NCBI GenBank assembly: GCA_018657065.1
Contig: JABHXU010000016.1
Coordinates: 6,333 to 70,332, forward strand
Direction of reading: 5' to 3'
DNA length: 64,000 bases
Source: an archaeon
GTDB taxonomy: Archaea > Nanobdellota > Nanobdellia > Woesearchaeales > GW2011-AR15
Shown: positions 1 to 10,412 of the stretch, piece after piece
How the letters are laid out: each line of letters starts with the position of its first letter
Numbering within the stretch: the first letter of the stretch is position 1
Made by a program: the position numbers and the translations under genes
The notes under the pieces: model-generated
Seen by the model: only the letters and a program-made list of their open reading frames with translations
Told to the model about the DNA's origin: nothing
Databases searched by the model: none

Positions 1-544
1 TTAAAAAACTAGTTTTGTAAATTTCCCAAACAGATTTGTATCTACTTATTACTCCTTTAGGAACATGTTCATTTGCTAAATCTATTCCAAACGGGGTAAA
101 ATCATTTTTCCATTGAGAAAAATCATCTGCACTAAAATATGCTTGAATAAAAGAAAGATCTAACATTAATCTTTCATCTATATGAATTTTAGAATCTGGG
201 TGTTTATGTCGACTATAATATTCTGGATGAATTTTAGCAGCGTTTATTAACCAATCATACATTTCTTGCCCAGTTGGTAATCCTTGAATTCCTGAAAGAA
301 CAGGTTCATCAACAAAGGTTTTTGCAAGATTATATGCACTTCTAGCAATAGTCATTGCATCATCTGAAGTTGTATCTGGAAGAATTTCGACTGGTGGTGC
401 ATTTGCTCCGCAAGAAGTTAATAATTTTGTACCAACTAATGCTGCCCCTGTTTTCCCTAATTTTTTTAAAAATTCACGCCTTGAAGTAGGTCTTAACATT
501 AAATCTTTAAACCATCCTTCTTCCAAATCATCTACTCCACTCAT
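1..544 (-). CDS. Partial secreted protein with twin-arginine (Tat)-like signal and lipobox; runs off the window start
   Basis: Manual translation from ATG at 544: MSGVDDLEEGWFKDLMLRPTSRREFLKKLGKTGAALVGTKLLTSCGANAPP... It has SRREFLK and LLTSC and stays open to base 1. Not in the ORF track. Confidence 0.75.
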   Translation of the reverse strand, partial: MSGVDDLEEGWFKDLMLRPTSRREFLKKLGKTGAALVGTKLLTSCGANAPPVEILPDTTSDDAMTIARSAYNLAKTFVDEPVLSGIQGLPTGQEMYDWLINAAKIHPEYYSRHKHPDSKIHIDERLMLDLSFIQAYFSADDFSQWKNDFTPFGIDLANEHVPKGVISRYKSVWEIYKTSFL

Positions 545-706
545 AATTCTTCGCCTTCTTATTTTATTTTCATCAAAAAATATTAGTTATTTAAAAGTAG
601 TAAAACATACTTGATATAAGAATATTCTTACATTATAATTATTATATATAATTATATATTTATATTTCCAAAATATTTTTATATTCCAAAATTATCCCCT
701 ATAAAT

Positions 707-1624
707 ATGAAAAGAAAAGTATGTAAAGTTGGGCCTGCAACACTTGTTGTATCTTTACCTGCAAGATGGGTTAAAAAATATGGTGTAAAGAAGGGAGATG
801 AGATCAATATAGAAGATAATAACAAAAATTTGATTCTTTCATTACATGAATTTAATCAAGACAAAAAAAGCATCAACATAACAATTAAAGAAGGTGAACC
901 GTTTTTAAGAAGATATATCAACAAATTCTATATGCTTGGATTCGACGAGATAAAGCTAACATACGTTGAAGAAAAAATTCTAGGTTTAATAGATAAAGAA
1001 ATAAATTCTCTTCCAGGATTCCAAATTATTGAGCAAGGAAAAAATTATTGTGTAATTGAAAATGTTAGTAAAGGGCTTGATGATAAATTTGAAATCATGT
1101 TAAAAAGATTATTTTTTATAATAATAGAAATGATGAAAGAAATAATAAATGCCACAAAAAATCAAGATTTTGACTCTTTGCAAAACATTAACATAATGGA
1201 AAAATCCACAAATAAAATATATTTTTTTTGTAAAAGAATTTTAAACAAAGAAGGATTTATGCAAACATCACACTTAGGATTTTATCACTCTTTATTACAT
1301 TCTTTAGAAGCAATTGCTGATGATCTTAATGAATTCAGCAAAATTATTTTGCAAGAAAAAAAAATGCCAGAAAAAGATTTTTTTGAAGATATTTTAATTT
1401 TGTTCTCAGACAGTTTTGATCTGTTTAATTCCTTCAATAAAAAAAAGCTTCTTGGAGTACATAATAAAAATGATAATCTTTTTTCTAGCATTAAAAAAAA
1501 CATAAATAGAAACAACCCCCTACTAACCCATTACTTTCTATCAATTATTAAACATATACTGCATCTTGAACTGGCAATGAGCCACTTGCTTGATAAATTA
1601 CTTCAGGACGAGGCTGTTCAGTAA
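707..1624 (+). CDS. AbrB/SpoVT-PhoU phosphate uptake regulator-like protein
   Basis: N-terminal MKRKVCKVGPATLVVSLPARWVKKYGVKKGDEI AbrB-like motif followed by helical PhoU-like domain (LEAIADD). Confidence 0.8.
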   Translation: MKRKVCKVGPATLVVSLPARWVKKYGVKKGDEINIEDNNKNLILSLHEFNQDKKSINITIKEGEPFLRRYINKFYMLGFDEIKLTYVEEKILGLIDKEINSLPGFQIIEQGKNYCVIENVSKGLDDKFEIMLKRLFFIIIEMMKEIINATKNQDFDSLQNINIMEKSTNKIYFFCKRILNKEGFMQTSHLGFYHSLLHSLEAIADDLNEFSKIILQEKKMPEKDFFEDILILFSDSFDLFNSFNKKKLLGVHNKNDNLFSSIKKNINRNNPLLTHYFLSIIKHILHLELAMSHLLDKLLQDEAVQ

Positions 1625-3086
1625 AAGTTAATGGTGGCTCAACATATATTTGAAATTGATGCATAACTTCATCAGTATTCACTGCCCCATCTGGATAAGG
1701 ATGAAACACTGTTGGCAAAGAAATTTTCTTTTCCTTTTCAATCATAAGCATTTCACCTAAAGTACCAGCAATATAAGGATAACCTGAGTTAGCTTTGATA
1801 GGTATGTTTTCAACTATTTCTAACCAAGGAGCATCTATTAAATCTCTTAGTTTTGATTCTGTTAACAAATTACCTAACCTTCCAAATGCATTGAATTCAC
1901 CTTTGTATAATTCAGCAACTAAATCTTTCTTTGGATCTTTATTTCTTCTTGCAAGTTCACTTATAGCTTCTGCAGCAAAACTTAATAAATTATCTGCAAA
2001 TCCAACATTATAAGGATTAGAATTTCTATAAATTGGCAAATTAGCATTATGCTTTTTTTGACGTTCGCTTAACCTCATATTTGTACTACATTGAAATAAA
2101 CCATAATGAACTTTTGCTGCAAGATATATATCTTCATCAATTCTTGGTGAATCACCAGATAATTGAGAGTTATAAGAATCAATTAAATCACTTTCAAATA
2201 ATTTAATATCTTCAGCTGACCAAAGTAGTAAAGGGTTTGAAGTAATTGATAAAATTACACTTGCTAAATCTTCTTCAGGATTTGCCAAACCTGAATTTCC
2301 TGTATCAATAAATTCAAATGTTAAATTGTCACTTACAAACAGATTATTATGATTAAGATCTCTATGGGATAACACATAGCGGCTTTCATCACTTAAGTAT
2401 TTAATAAAAATCTGATCTGAGAATGCTTGCAACGTTTGGTTAGCTAATTCATTGATATCTTTTTCAGAATATCCAATTACAAAATTTAAAAAAAAATCTC
2501 TAAATATATCAACATAACTAGCTACTTCAAATCCAAAATGAAAGTCAGTTTTAACATCTGTTGCAGTTATTGAATCAGTTGGAGTACTATGCAGATCAGC
2601 TAACTTTGAAGCAAGTGAATGAACTATTGCCTTATATTGGCTACTATCTCTGTCAGCAGAAGGATTAATTCTATTTTCCAATTCTTCCATATCAAAAAAT
2701 AAAGTTCCAAGCTGATTCAATTGTAAGGCTTCAGACACTATTACTCCAACACCTAAATCTTCTAAAGTTGCACTTAAATAAACCTGGTCTGCGCGAAAAG
2801 AAGTAAAATTATTAGATGTTGCTTCTTCTTGAATAAATTCATCTCTTTTATACTCACCTAATTCAAAATCAAAAACTTTAATTGCAAATAATCTTTCTGA
2901 ATCTAAATCTTCTTCTGCACTAATTGAAAAAAAGTAAACATTATTTCTACTTTTGATAGGATTATCAAAAACTTTTACTTGATAATTTCCCCCTTCAACA
3001 TTAGGTTTTGTTAATCCTAAAGAAACTAAAAGATCGCCCTCATCCACTAGTGTTGAAAGTATATTTTGAAGTCCATTAGTTATCAA
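1548..3086 (-). CDS. Aminoglycoside phosphotransferase (APH)/choline kinase-like protein
   Basis: FAIKVF, KLADLH, HRDLNHNNLF (catalytic loop), FIDTG, PEEDLA; TTG start. Confidence 0.7.
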   Translation of the reverse strand: MITNGLQNILSTLVDEGDLLVSLGLTKPNVEGGNYQVKVFDNPIKSRNNVYFFSISAEEDLDSERLFAIKVFDFELGEYKRDEFIQEEATSNNFTSFRADQVYLSATLEDLGVGVIVSEALQLNQLGTLFFDMEELENRINPSADRDSSQYKAIVHSLASKLADLHSTPTDSITATDVKTDFHFGFEVASYVDIFRDFFLNFVIGYSEKDINELANQTLQAFSDQIFIKYLSDESRYVLSHRDLNHNNLFVSDNLTFEFIDTGNSGLANPEEDLASVILSITSNPLLLWSAEDIKLFESDLIDSYNSQLSGDSPRIDEDIYLAAKVHYGLFQCSTNMRLSERQKKHNANLPIYRNSNPYNVGFADNLLSFAAEAISELARRNKDPKKDLVAELYKGEFNAFGRLGNLLTESKLRDLIDAPWLEIVENIPIKANSGYPYIAGTLGEMLMIEKEKKISLPTVFHPYPDGAVNTDEVMHQFQIYVEPPLTFTEQPRPEVIYQASGSLPVQDAVYV

Positions 3087-3087
3087 C

Positions 3088-3612
3088 TCAAATCACCCCA
3101 AAAATTACGACTGCCGACAAAAGACATAAAATTCGAGTAATTAAATCTTTAAAAGTTAAGTTTTTAGTTATAATCTGGATAAGATAATCAAACATATACC
3201 TAAATAATAAAATAAGTGGACCTATGACAGAAATTTCAAAACCTCTAAAAATAGGTATAAAGAAATAAAAAAAACCAAGCCAAACTAATGCTTTTGTAAT
3301 ATATTTGAACCTAAATTTGCCAAATATACCCTTTGAAAAAAACATAAAAAATAGTAAGATAAATACAGAAATTTGTGGATAATCATAATACGATGCAAAA
3401 ATTATCCCTATATCAATAAATGGAATGAAAAGTAAATTAAAGATCCCACTCACTCTCAGATACTCTCGGATAAGCTCGAGAATTCCAAATATCAATGCAA
3501 AAATAACAATCTTATTTGATAAATAAACAAGTGCTATTACTAGAAGTAAAATCTTTACAATTCTAAGTGAATAATCATTATCAATTTGAAATGATTTGAT
3601 TTTTAAATACAT
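3088..3612 (-). CDS. Hypothetical membrane protein
   Basis: 174 aa, several hydrophobic segments. Confidence 0.6.
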   Translation of the reverse strand: MYLKIKSFQIDNDYSLRIVKILLLVIALVYLSNKIVIFALIFGILELIREYLRVSGIFNLLFIPFIDIGIIFASYYDYPQISVFILLFFMFFSKGIFGKFRFKYITKALVWLGFFYFFIPIFRGFEISVIGPLILLFRYMFDYLIQIITKNLTFKDLITRILCLLSAVVIFGVI

Positions 3613-3731
3613 TTTAATAAATTAATAAATCGCCCTTTATAAATGTTTCGTTATTTTTACTACTATAGAGTAATTAATTATTAAAACTTAACAAAAAGTA
3701 TATATTCTAACATTTATTATAAGTAAATGTT

Positions 3732-4391
3732 ATGGTAACTATAGCACATTTAACAAAACAAATTCTACAAGAAAAACCCTTTATTCATGAAGCATTAGAA
3801 AGAAATCTAATAAATATAATTGCTTTAGCAGAACATATAAAACCTGAAATTGAAAAAGAACTTGGACAAGTAAAAACTTCAGCTGTTTCTATGGCTATTC
3901 GTAGATACATTGAATCAACAAAAAAAAAATTCGAGAAATTCAAAATTACAAAAAAAGTTGATATTTTAATTAAGTCAAATTTATGTGAGATTTCATTATC
4001 AAAATCTAATACTATTTTTGATAAACTAATGAAACTCTATAAGATTGTAGACTTTGAAAAAGGTGATACACTTAATATTATTCAAGGTAATTATGAAATT
4101 TTAATTGTAAGTAATGAAAAATATGAAAAAAAAATAATTAAAATTTTAAAAGGAGAAAAAGTTAAAGCAATTAATAGAAACATGGCATCAATTTCTTTAC
4201 CAATCCCTGATGAAATGATAGATACTCCTGGATATTATTATGTTATGACAAAAACTCTAGCTCTGAATAATATTTCTATTATAGACGTTGTTAACACTGA
4301 AACAGAAGCAACATTTATTTTACATGATAAAGATATTGCAAGAGCATACAATATATTAAAAAAAGAAATAAGTGTTGAATACTATGAATAA
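3732..4391 (+). CDS. Archaeal ACT-domain-containing putative amino-acid-sensing regulator
   Basis: N-terminal LINIIALAEHIKPEIE...SAVSMAIRRY helical domain; C-terminal ACT-like TPGYYYVMTKTLALNNISIIDVVNTETE. Confidence 0.7.
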   Translation: MVTIAHLTKQILQEKPFIHEALERNLINIIALAEHIKPEIEKELGQVKTSAVSMAIRRYIESTKKKFEKFKITKKVDILIKSNLCEISLSKSNTIFDKLMKLYKIVDFEKGDTLNIIQGNYEILIVSNEKYEKKIIKILKGEKVKAINRNMASISLPIPDEMIDTPGYYYVMTKTLALNNISIIDVVNTETEATFILHDKDIARAYNILKKEISVEYYE

Positions 4392-4393
4392 TA

Positions 4394-6058
4394 TTAAACA
4401 GCATCAAAAAGTTTTACAGCTTTTTCCCTAACTAATAATAAAAACCCTGCTAATTTAGGTCCTCTTTCTTTGTTAAGTAAAACTTTATATGCTGCTTGAA
4501 AAAATTCTCCAGTAGGAATATCAACTTCATCTCTACAAATAGTATAAAATTCATTGTAAAGTGTTTGTTCAGTCCATTTCCCATGTTTAAGTTTCTCAGC
4601 TAATATTTTTAGTGCTTGTCTTTGTTTATCATTCAATTCAACATCAGGTACTTTTTTTTGTAATTCAAATTTATAGTCCTCTGGTGCAAATTCATCTATC
4701 CATTTTTTTGCAAATAATAATCTTTCTTTTACATACTCAATTTCTTGCTTAGATGCGTCTTTATACACATGTCCTGATTCTTGAAGATTTTTTATTACAT
4801 CATCTATCTCTTCATAAATTTGAAGAAGTGTCGAAGCATGTCTTAAAGAAAACTGTGGTGGAATTCTATCAGGAATTTTTCCAATATAACTTAATTCATA
4901 TATTCTTTTTAACTTGATATTATCTTTTTCACCAAAATCTTCTTCTCCAAAATAAGCTCTTTCTGCTTTGTCATATCTTTCATAAAGCAAGACAATGTCA
5001 TTAGTTCCATAAGGATCAAAATCTATTACTGCATTAGGTCTAGTTCTTACTAGTAAAAATCTAAGCATTGGTGCAGGTGCAATACTTGTTGAATTTGCAA
5101 AACCTATACCTCTTCCTTTACTTGTTGACATCTTTTTACCACCAACAGTAAAAAATTCATATCCTGGACCTGTATAATATCCTTTAGAAGGATATGGTGG
5201 TGGATAATTTAAAACATCAACACAAATCCTACATGCAACTGTTCTGCTTCCTCCTTTTGTAAAATGGTCTTTTCCAGCTGTCTCAACAATAACTCCTTTT
5301 GCTGGCCATTTTGCTGCCCATTCAACTTTCCAAGGAAATTTCCCATTCCCATTATATGGTGAAATCCATCCAGATTCATTGCATCCTTTTGCCCAAGCAA
5401 CAACACCATCTTTACATTCAAACTTTATTTCTTCTTTTTCTGTATCCCATTCTAATGCTTTTGTTGTAGCAATCTTTCCACATTTAGGACATCTTACGTT
5501 AAAAGGAAGTTTATTAGCAGCACCTACATCATCTCCATATAAATCGGCAAATATTTTTTTTACCTTATCTGCATTATCAAGAATGATTTTAATTTGTTTA
5601 TTGAATGTACCTTTTTCATATTCTGCCCCAGTACTTTCAAGTTCACAAACAATTCCAAACTCTTCGAATTTATCAGTACAAAGTTTGAAATAATAATCTC
5701 CAAAACTATCATATCCTGGTTTAGGACTAGGAATATACTTAAATGGAACTCCTAAATACCTTTCATTTTCATCTTCAGTTAATAATTTGGAAGGTTTATC
5801 AAGTGGATCCATATCATCACTACTTAATACGAATTTAGCGTCAACACCTTTACTTCGAAGAGCCTTAGCAATTGCATCATGAATAACCCAACCACGTCCA
5901 GATCCAATATGAATTAATCCTGAAGGTGTTTTTTCATCATAGACAAAATAACCAGTCTTCTTTACTACTTCTTGTAAAAAAGGATCGCTTTCAACGCGTG
6001 CTATTGCTTCATCTGCTATCTGGTCTGCCCAGTGTTTAACTTCTTTGTCTTTTGCCAT
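4394..6058 (-). CDS. lysS: Class I lysyl-tRNA synthetase
   Basis: HWAD, TPSGLIHIG (HIGH-like), WKVEWAAKW, GKDH, KMSTSKG (KMSKS-like), RGPKLA. Confidence 0.97.
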   Translation of the reverse strand: MAKDKEVKHWADQIADEAIARVESDPFLQEVVKKTGYFVYDEKTPSGLIHIGSGRGWVIHDAIAKALRSKGVDAKFVLSSDDMDPLDKPSKLLTEDENERYLGVPFKYIPSPKPGYDSFGDYYFKLCTDKFEEFGIVCELESTGAEYEKGTFNKQIKIILDNADKVKKIFADLYGDDVGAANKLPFNVRCPKCGKIATTKALEWDTEKEEIKFECKDGVVAWAKGCNESGWISPYNGNGKFPWKVEWAAKWPAKGVIVETAGKDHFTKGGSRTVACRICVDVLNYPPPYPSKGYYTGPGYEFFTVGGKKMSTSKGRGIGFANSTSIAPAPMLRFLLVRTRPNAVIDFDPYGTNDIVLLYERYDKAERAYFGEEDFGEKDNIKLKRIYELSYIGKIPDRIPPQFSLRHASTLLQIYEEIDDVIKNLQESGHVYKDASKQEIEYVKERLLFAKKWIDEFAPEDYKFELQKKVPDVELNDKQRQALKILAEKLKHGKWTEQTLYNEFYTICRDEVDIPTGEFFQAAYKVLLNKERGPKLAGFLLLVREKAVKLFDAV

Positions 6059-6258
6059 AGACTAATAAGAATAGATAATAGATTAAAAAGGTTTTCTGAT
6101 TAGATAATAAAAATCTAACATGAAACAGGTATCATACTCCCCTCATTCTTAAAATTAGATTTTTAACTATGGAAATCAACCTAAATGTAGGGGTTTTAAA
6201 TTCTTCAATTTCCATATAACAAAAAATTTTTTATATTAAATAATTTTGAAATAAAATA

Positions 6259-7239
6259 ATGGTTAGAGCTGTTATTACAGGAGGATGTGGGTACATTGGT
6301 AGGACAATTGCTCAAGGCTTAAAAAACAAATATTCCAAAATAATTCTAATTGATCTCGAAACATCAAATACTTCATAGATTAAATCAAAAAAAATTGAAT
6401 TTATTTGTGCTGATATTTGTAAAAAACAAACCCTAAAAAAGATTATAGAAAAAGGAGATCATGTATTTCACCTAGCTGCTCTAGGTGGATCTAGGCAAAT
6501 GCCATTTAAAATTTATGAAAAAATTAATGTAATAGGAACAAAAAACATTCTAGATGTTTCTATTGAAAATAAAGCTTCAAAGTTTTTTTTTATGAGCACA
6601 ATTTCAGTTATGAGTGGTAGTAGGCCTATACCTTTTGATGAAACAACAAAACCAATACCTAAGAGTATATATGGTATAACAAAATATAGAGCTGAAAAAT
6701 ATATTAAAAAAAAATCAAAAAAAAATATTACTTCAATTATATTTAGAGCACCTCTTATCTATGGACCTAGTCCCCATAAAGATTCAGGTATATTTAATAT
6801 TGTTAACATGCTAAATAAATCTTTTTACCCTATGGTAAATAAAGGACGAACTAAAATTGCTATGATTAATGTTCATAATCTCATTGAAATGATAAAAATT
6901 ACATTAAAAATAACAAACAAAAAAACTCATGTGTTTTTTGTTAAAGATAATGAAACTTTAACTATGCATGAATTAGTATCAATGCTTCAAAAAATAACCA
7001 AAATAAAAAATAAAATTATTTACATTCCTTCATTTTTTTTAACAATAGGATTTAGTATTATTAATATATATTCCAAGATCTTTAAAAAAAACACAAAACT
7101 TAACTATGATGTTTGGAAAGGTGCTGTTTCAAATCAATTTACTTATTCAATCACAAAAGTAAAAAAATTAGGATATAAACAAAAAAATAATTTAAAACAA
7201 GGTTTTAATGAAGTTTTAAGATCTTTAAATATGATTTAA
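6259..7239 (+). pseudogene. NAD-dependent epimerase/dehydratase (extended SDR) interrupted by an in-frame TAG at 6376-6378
   Basis: ATG 6259 gives MVRAVITGGCGYIG...TSNTS*IKSKKIEFICADI...VFHLAA, in frame with ORF 6499..7239, which carries YGITK (YxxxK). Confidence 0.8.
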
Positions 7240-7240
7240 A

Positions 7241-8209
7241 ATGAAAATTATTGTTACTGGTGGAACTGGTTTTATTGGTGAACATTTAGTCAATAAATTA
7301 AGTAAAAATAAAAAAAACCAAATCCTTATTTTATCAAGAAAAAAACATAACCCTTCATTCTATTCTTTCTCTGGAAAAAAAAATATTAGTTTTAAAAATG
7401 GTATTGATATCTGTAACTTAAATCAGCTTTCAAAAGAGTTCAAAGGAGCAGACATAGTTTTTAATCTAGCTGCGATGGTATCATATAATCAAAAAGATAA
7501 ATTAAAACTAATTAAAATCAATAAGCTTGGTGCTATAAATGTTCTAAAAGCATGTAAAATTAACAATGTTTCAAAATTAATTCATCTAAGCTCTTCAGCG
7601 GCATTTGGATTTCCAAAAAAAATTATTACTGAAAATACTGAATTTAATTGGTCAAAACATAAAAAATGTGTATATTCTTACTCAAAATTTCTTGCAGAAA
7701 ATATTCTTCTAAACGACAGTATGAATGTTATTGTTGTTAATCCTCCTATGGTTATAGGTCCAGGAGACAAAAAAATATTCAAACTTATTGAACCTATATA
7801 CAAAGGAAAAATGTCAGTTTCTACAAGTGGAAGAAATTCATTTATTGATGTTAGAGATTTATCTGAATCTATGGTATTTTTAATGAAAAAAAAACTTGAT
7901 AATCAAAAATTTTTAGTTATTGGTGGAAATTATTCAATAAAAGAATTCAATAGCATTATTGCTTCACAATTAGGTGTAAAAAAACCAAGATACATTATTC
8001 CTAAAATCTTAGGACCAATAATTTGGAACTTAGTATATTTATATGAATTAATAGCTAAAAATCCAAAAATCAATTATGAAAATATGGTCTTAGCTTTTAA
8101 AGATAGAATTCATGATGATTCAAAAATTAGAAAATTAGGATTTAGTACTAAATATTCTGCTGAAGAATCTATCAAAGACACATTAGAATTTTATAAAAAA
8201 GAAAAATAA
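7241..8209 (+). CDS. NAD-dependent epimerase/dehydratase (dihydroflavonol reductase/HpnA-like SDR)
   Basis: TGGTGFIG, FNLAA, HLSSSAAFG, YSYSK, VNPPMVIGPGD, FIDVRD. Confidence 0.9.
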   Translation: MKIIVTGGTGFIGEHLVNKLSKNKKNQILILSRKKHNPSFYSFSGKKNISFKNGIDICNLNQLSKEFKGADIVFNLAAMVSYNQKDKLKLIKINKLGAINVLKACKINNVSKLIHLSSSAAFGFPKKIITENTEFNWSKHKKCVYSYSKFLAENILLNDSMNVIVVNPPMVIGPGDKKIFKLIEPIYKGKMSVSTSGRNSFIDVRDLSESMVFLMKKKLDNQKFLVIGGNYSIKEFNSIIASQLGVKKPRYIIPKILGPIIWNLVYLYELIAKNPKINYENMVLAFKDRIHDDSKIRKLGFSTKYSAEESIKDTLEFYKKEK

Positions 8210-8211
8210 AA

Positions 8212-9270
8212 TTAAATCTTTTTTAATGCTTTATCAACTTCAGATGCTGGCCATTTGTTATCTGTTAAAACTTTTTTTATATCTTTATCATCATATCCTT
8301 GTTTTCTGTATTTTTCAATAAATGGCTTAAGTCTCTCATGATGTTTTGTATCTTCTTTTTTTGTTTTATCAGAAGCTTTTTTCTCTAAAGTTTTTTGATC
8401 TGGTTCTTTATAGTTAAGATAACTAGTAACTTCATCTCTTAATTCTTTAGGCATCTTCATTGGCATTGCAATTGACACATAAAATAATGTAAAATAAACA
8501 ACCTTAATCATTTCAACGGTAATGTTGGCTGCAACATTAAATGCAATCATGACTAAAAATATGAAAACTAGTGGCAACCAAGTTCCAGTAAAAAATAATA
8601 ATGCAAAACCAACTAATATTCCTAAAAATAATATTCCTCCAACCATTGATTTTAAGGTGTTTCCTACAAAATCAATACCAAATACTCCTGCAAGAGCTCC
8701 AGGAACATTATTCTTTAATTCTTTAAGATCTTTTGCTGCTTCAGTAATTGTTTTCTCAGTTACAATTGACGCAGGAAGTAAAAAGTTTCCAATTAAATCC
8801 CAACCTTCTTCAATTATTTTTGATAACCCTGCTAAAATAATTCTAAAAAAAATACCTACACCTGAATTACTCTTATTTTTTAATTGTCTAGAAAAATGTG
8901 TAAGTAAAATGTCTAACGCACCTAATGCAAAAATATCTCCTCTATTTGCTTTTGCTCTTTTAATTCCGTCCGCATAATCTGTTTTTTCTCCAATAAACGT
9001 TTGATATACTATCCAAGACTGAGCAGCTTTATATTTAACTTCAATAAAAGGAAATATTAACATTAAAACTAATGCCATAACTATTATTCCTATTTGTCCA
9101 ACTCCACCTAAATTTGGAATAAAAAGTAAAACAATGCTAACAATCATTAAAAAATAAAAAAATGCTGCAATTTTTACTTGAGCCCATGTTGGCTTTAAAA
9201 TGTCTTTGTTACGAGCAACCAAACTTGTTGTATTTTTTAAAAGATTTAGTGTATCATTAATTCTTCCCAT
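8212..9270 (-). CDS. Hypothetical polytopic membrane protein with small C-terminal helical domain
   Basis: 352 aa, several TM segments; C-terminal YRKQGYDDKDIKKVLTDNKW module. Confidence 0.65.
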   Translation of the reverse strand: MGRINDTLNLLKNTTSLVARNKDILKPTWAQVKIAAFFYFLMIVSIVLLFIPNLGGVGQIGIIVMALVLMLIFPFIEVKYKAAQSWIVYQTFIGEKTDYADGIKRAKANRGDIFALGALDILLTHFSRQLKNKSNSGVGIFFRIILAGLSKIIEEGWDLIGNFLLPASIVTEKTITEAAKDLKELKNNVPGALAGVFGIDFVGNTLKSMVGGILFLGILVGFALLFFTGTWLPLVFIFLVMIAFNVAANITVEMIKVVYFTLFYVSIAMPMKMPKELRDEVTSYLNYKEPDQKTLEKKASDKTKKEDTKHHERLKPFIEKYRKQGYDDKDIKKVLTDNKWPASEVDKALKKI

Positions 9271-9348
9271 ATTTTTTCATTTTGTTATCCAAATATTTAA
9301 ATATTTCTCACTACCACTTAAAATAATAATTAAACAGATACACTTGAG

Positions 9349-10410
9349 GTGACAATATTGTTTGATGAATTATTAATAAAAACATATTACGGAAACACTG
9401 TAAAAGAATGGTTAATTGCATTTTTAATTATATTAGGAGTTGCAATTGTTGCTAAAGTATTATATTATGTACTAACAAGTATTATCAAAGCTTTTACAAA
9501 AAAGACAAAGACAAAATTAGATGACATTCTAATTGATATGATTGAAGAACCATTAGTTTTCGCCATGGTTTTAGGCGGAATTTGGTATGCTTTAACCACT
9601 TTAAATTTTACAGAAACTGGAAGATTATTTGTTGATAATGCATTCCAATTCTTAATTGTTATTAATGTTACTTGGTTAATAAGTAGATTATTTGAAGCTT
9701 TATATCAAGAATACATGGTTCCTTATGCTGAAGCATCTGAAAATGATTTAGATGACCAATTATTTCCTCTAATCAAAAAAGGAGTAAAAGGAATTGTTTG
9801 GACTTTAGGTATTATTGTTGGTCTTGATAATGCTGGATATGATGTAGGAACTATATTAGCTGGTCTAGGTATAGGTGGTTTGGCTCTAGCTATGGCAGCT
9901 AAAGACACTGTTGCCAATGTTTTTGGTGGACTTACAATATTTTCTGATAAATTATTCAAACTTAAAGATGTTGTAAATGTATCAGGTGTAGAAGGTAAAG
10001 TTGAAGATATTGGTCTAAGATCTACAAAAATTAGAACTTATGATGGAAGAATTGTCACAATGCCTAATTCAAAGTTTACAAGTAGTGCTGTTGAAAATAT
10101 AAGTAGTGAACCATCTAGAAAAGTTAAATTAACTCTAGGAATTTCATGTGATACAGCCCCACTTCAAATTAAAAAAGCAATGGGACTTATTGAAAAAATC
10201 CTTGAAAAAAATGAAAATATTTTAAAAAAGTATTCAGTTAATTTCGGAGGATTTGGTGATTTTACATTTGATATTTCTGTTGCCTATTACATTAAAAAAG
10301 GCGCAAATATTGGTGGAACAAAATCAGAAATTCATATGGAAATTCTTAAAGAATTTAATAAAAACAAAATTGAAATGCCTTATCCAACATCAGTAATGTT
10401 GAAAGGATAA
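9349..10410 (+). CDS. mscS: Small-conductance mechanosensitive channel (MscS family)
   Basis: LAGLGIGGLALAMAAKDTVANVFGG, GKVEDIGLRSTKIRTYDGRIVTMPNS, IEMPYPT. Confidence 0.93.
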   Translation: MTILFDELLIKTYYGNTVKEWLIAFLIILGVAIVAKVLYYVLTSIIKAFTKKTKTKLDDILIDMIEEPLVFAMVLGGIWYALTTLNFTETGRLFVDNAFQFLIVINVTWLISRLFEALYQEYMVPYAEASENDLDDQLFPLIKKGVKGIVWTLGIIVGLDNAGYDVGTILAGLGIGGLALAMAAKDTVANVFGGLTIFSDKLFKLKDVVNVSGVEGKVEDIGLRSTKIRTYDGRIVTMPNSKFTSSAVENISSEPSRKVKLTLGISCDTAPLQIKKAMGLIEKILEKNENILKKYSVNFGGFGDFTFDISVAYYIKKGANIGGTKSEIHMEILKEFNKNKIEMPYPTSVMLKG

Positions 10411-10412
10411 GA

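Noticed and set aside
630..700. AT-only repeats and a TTCCAAAAT direct repeat upstream of the PhoU-like gene; similar TCTAGA/ATATAT palindromes at 17770-17845
   Set aside because: Low-complexity matches are expected by chance at this AT content; not enough support to call operators.
6132..6215. 27-codon minus-strand ORF upstream of lysS (MEIEEFKTPTFRL...)
   Set aside because: No Lys-codon run, recognisable motif or clear SD; cannot be told apart from chance.
7241..8209. Hopanoid pathway suggested by an HpnA-like SDR and HpnJ-like radical SAMs
   Set aside because: No squalene synthase or squalene-hopene cyclase is seen; these families are broad and the resemblance is generic.
8522..8977. Antisense or alternative-frame ORFs (also 1285, 1795, 5209, 5379, 9723, 12078, 13926, 16085, 16972, 17867, 23111, 29599, 30042, 33165, 34989, 40347, 42009, 43583, 49348, 50416, 50601, 54772, 57149, 57305, 59903, 60489)
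   Set aside because: They overlap well-supported genes and show no protein motifs.
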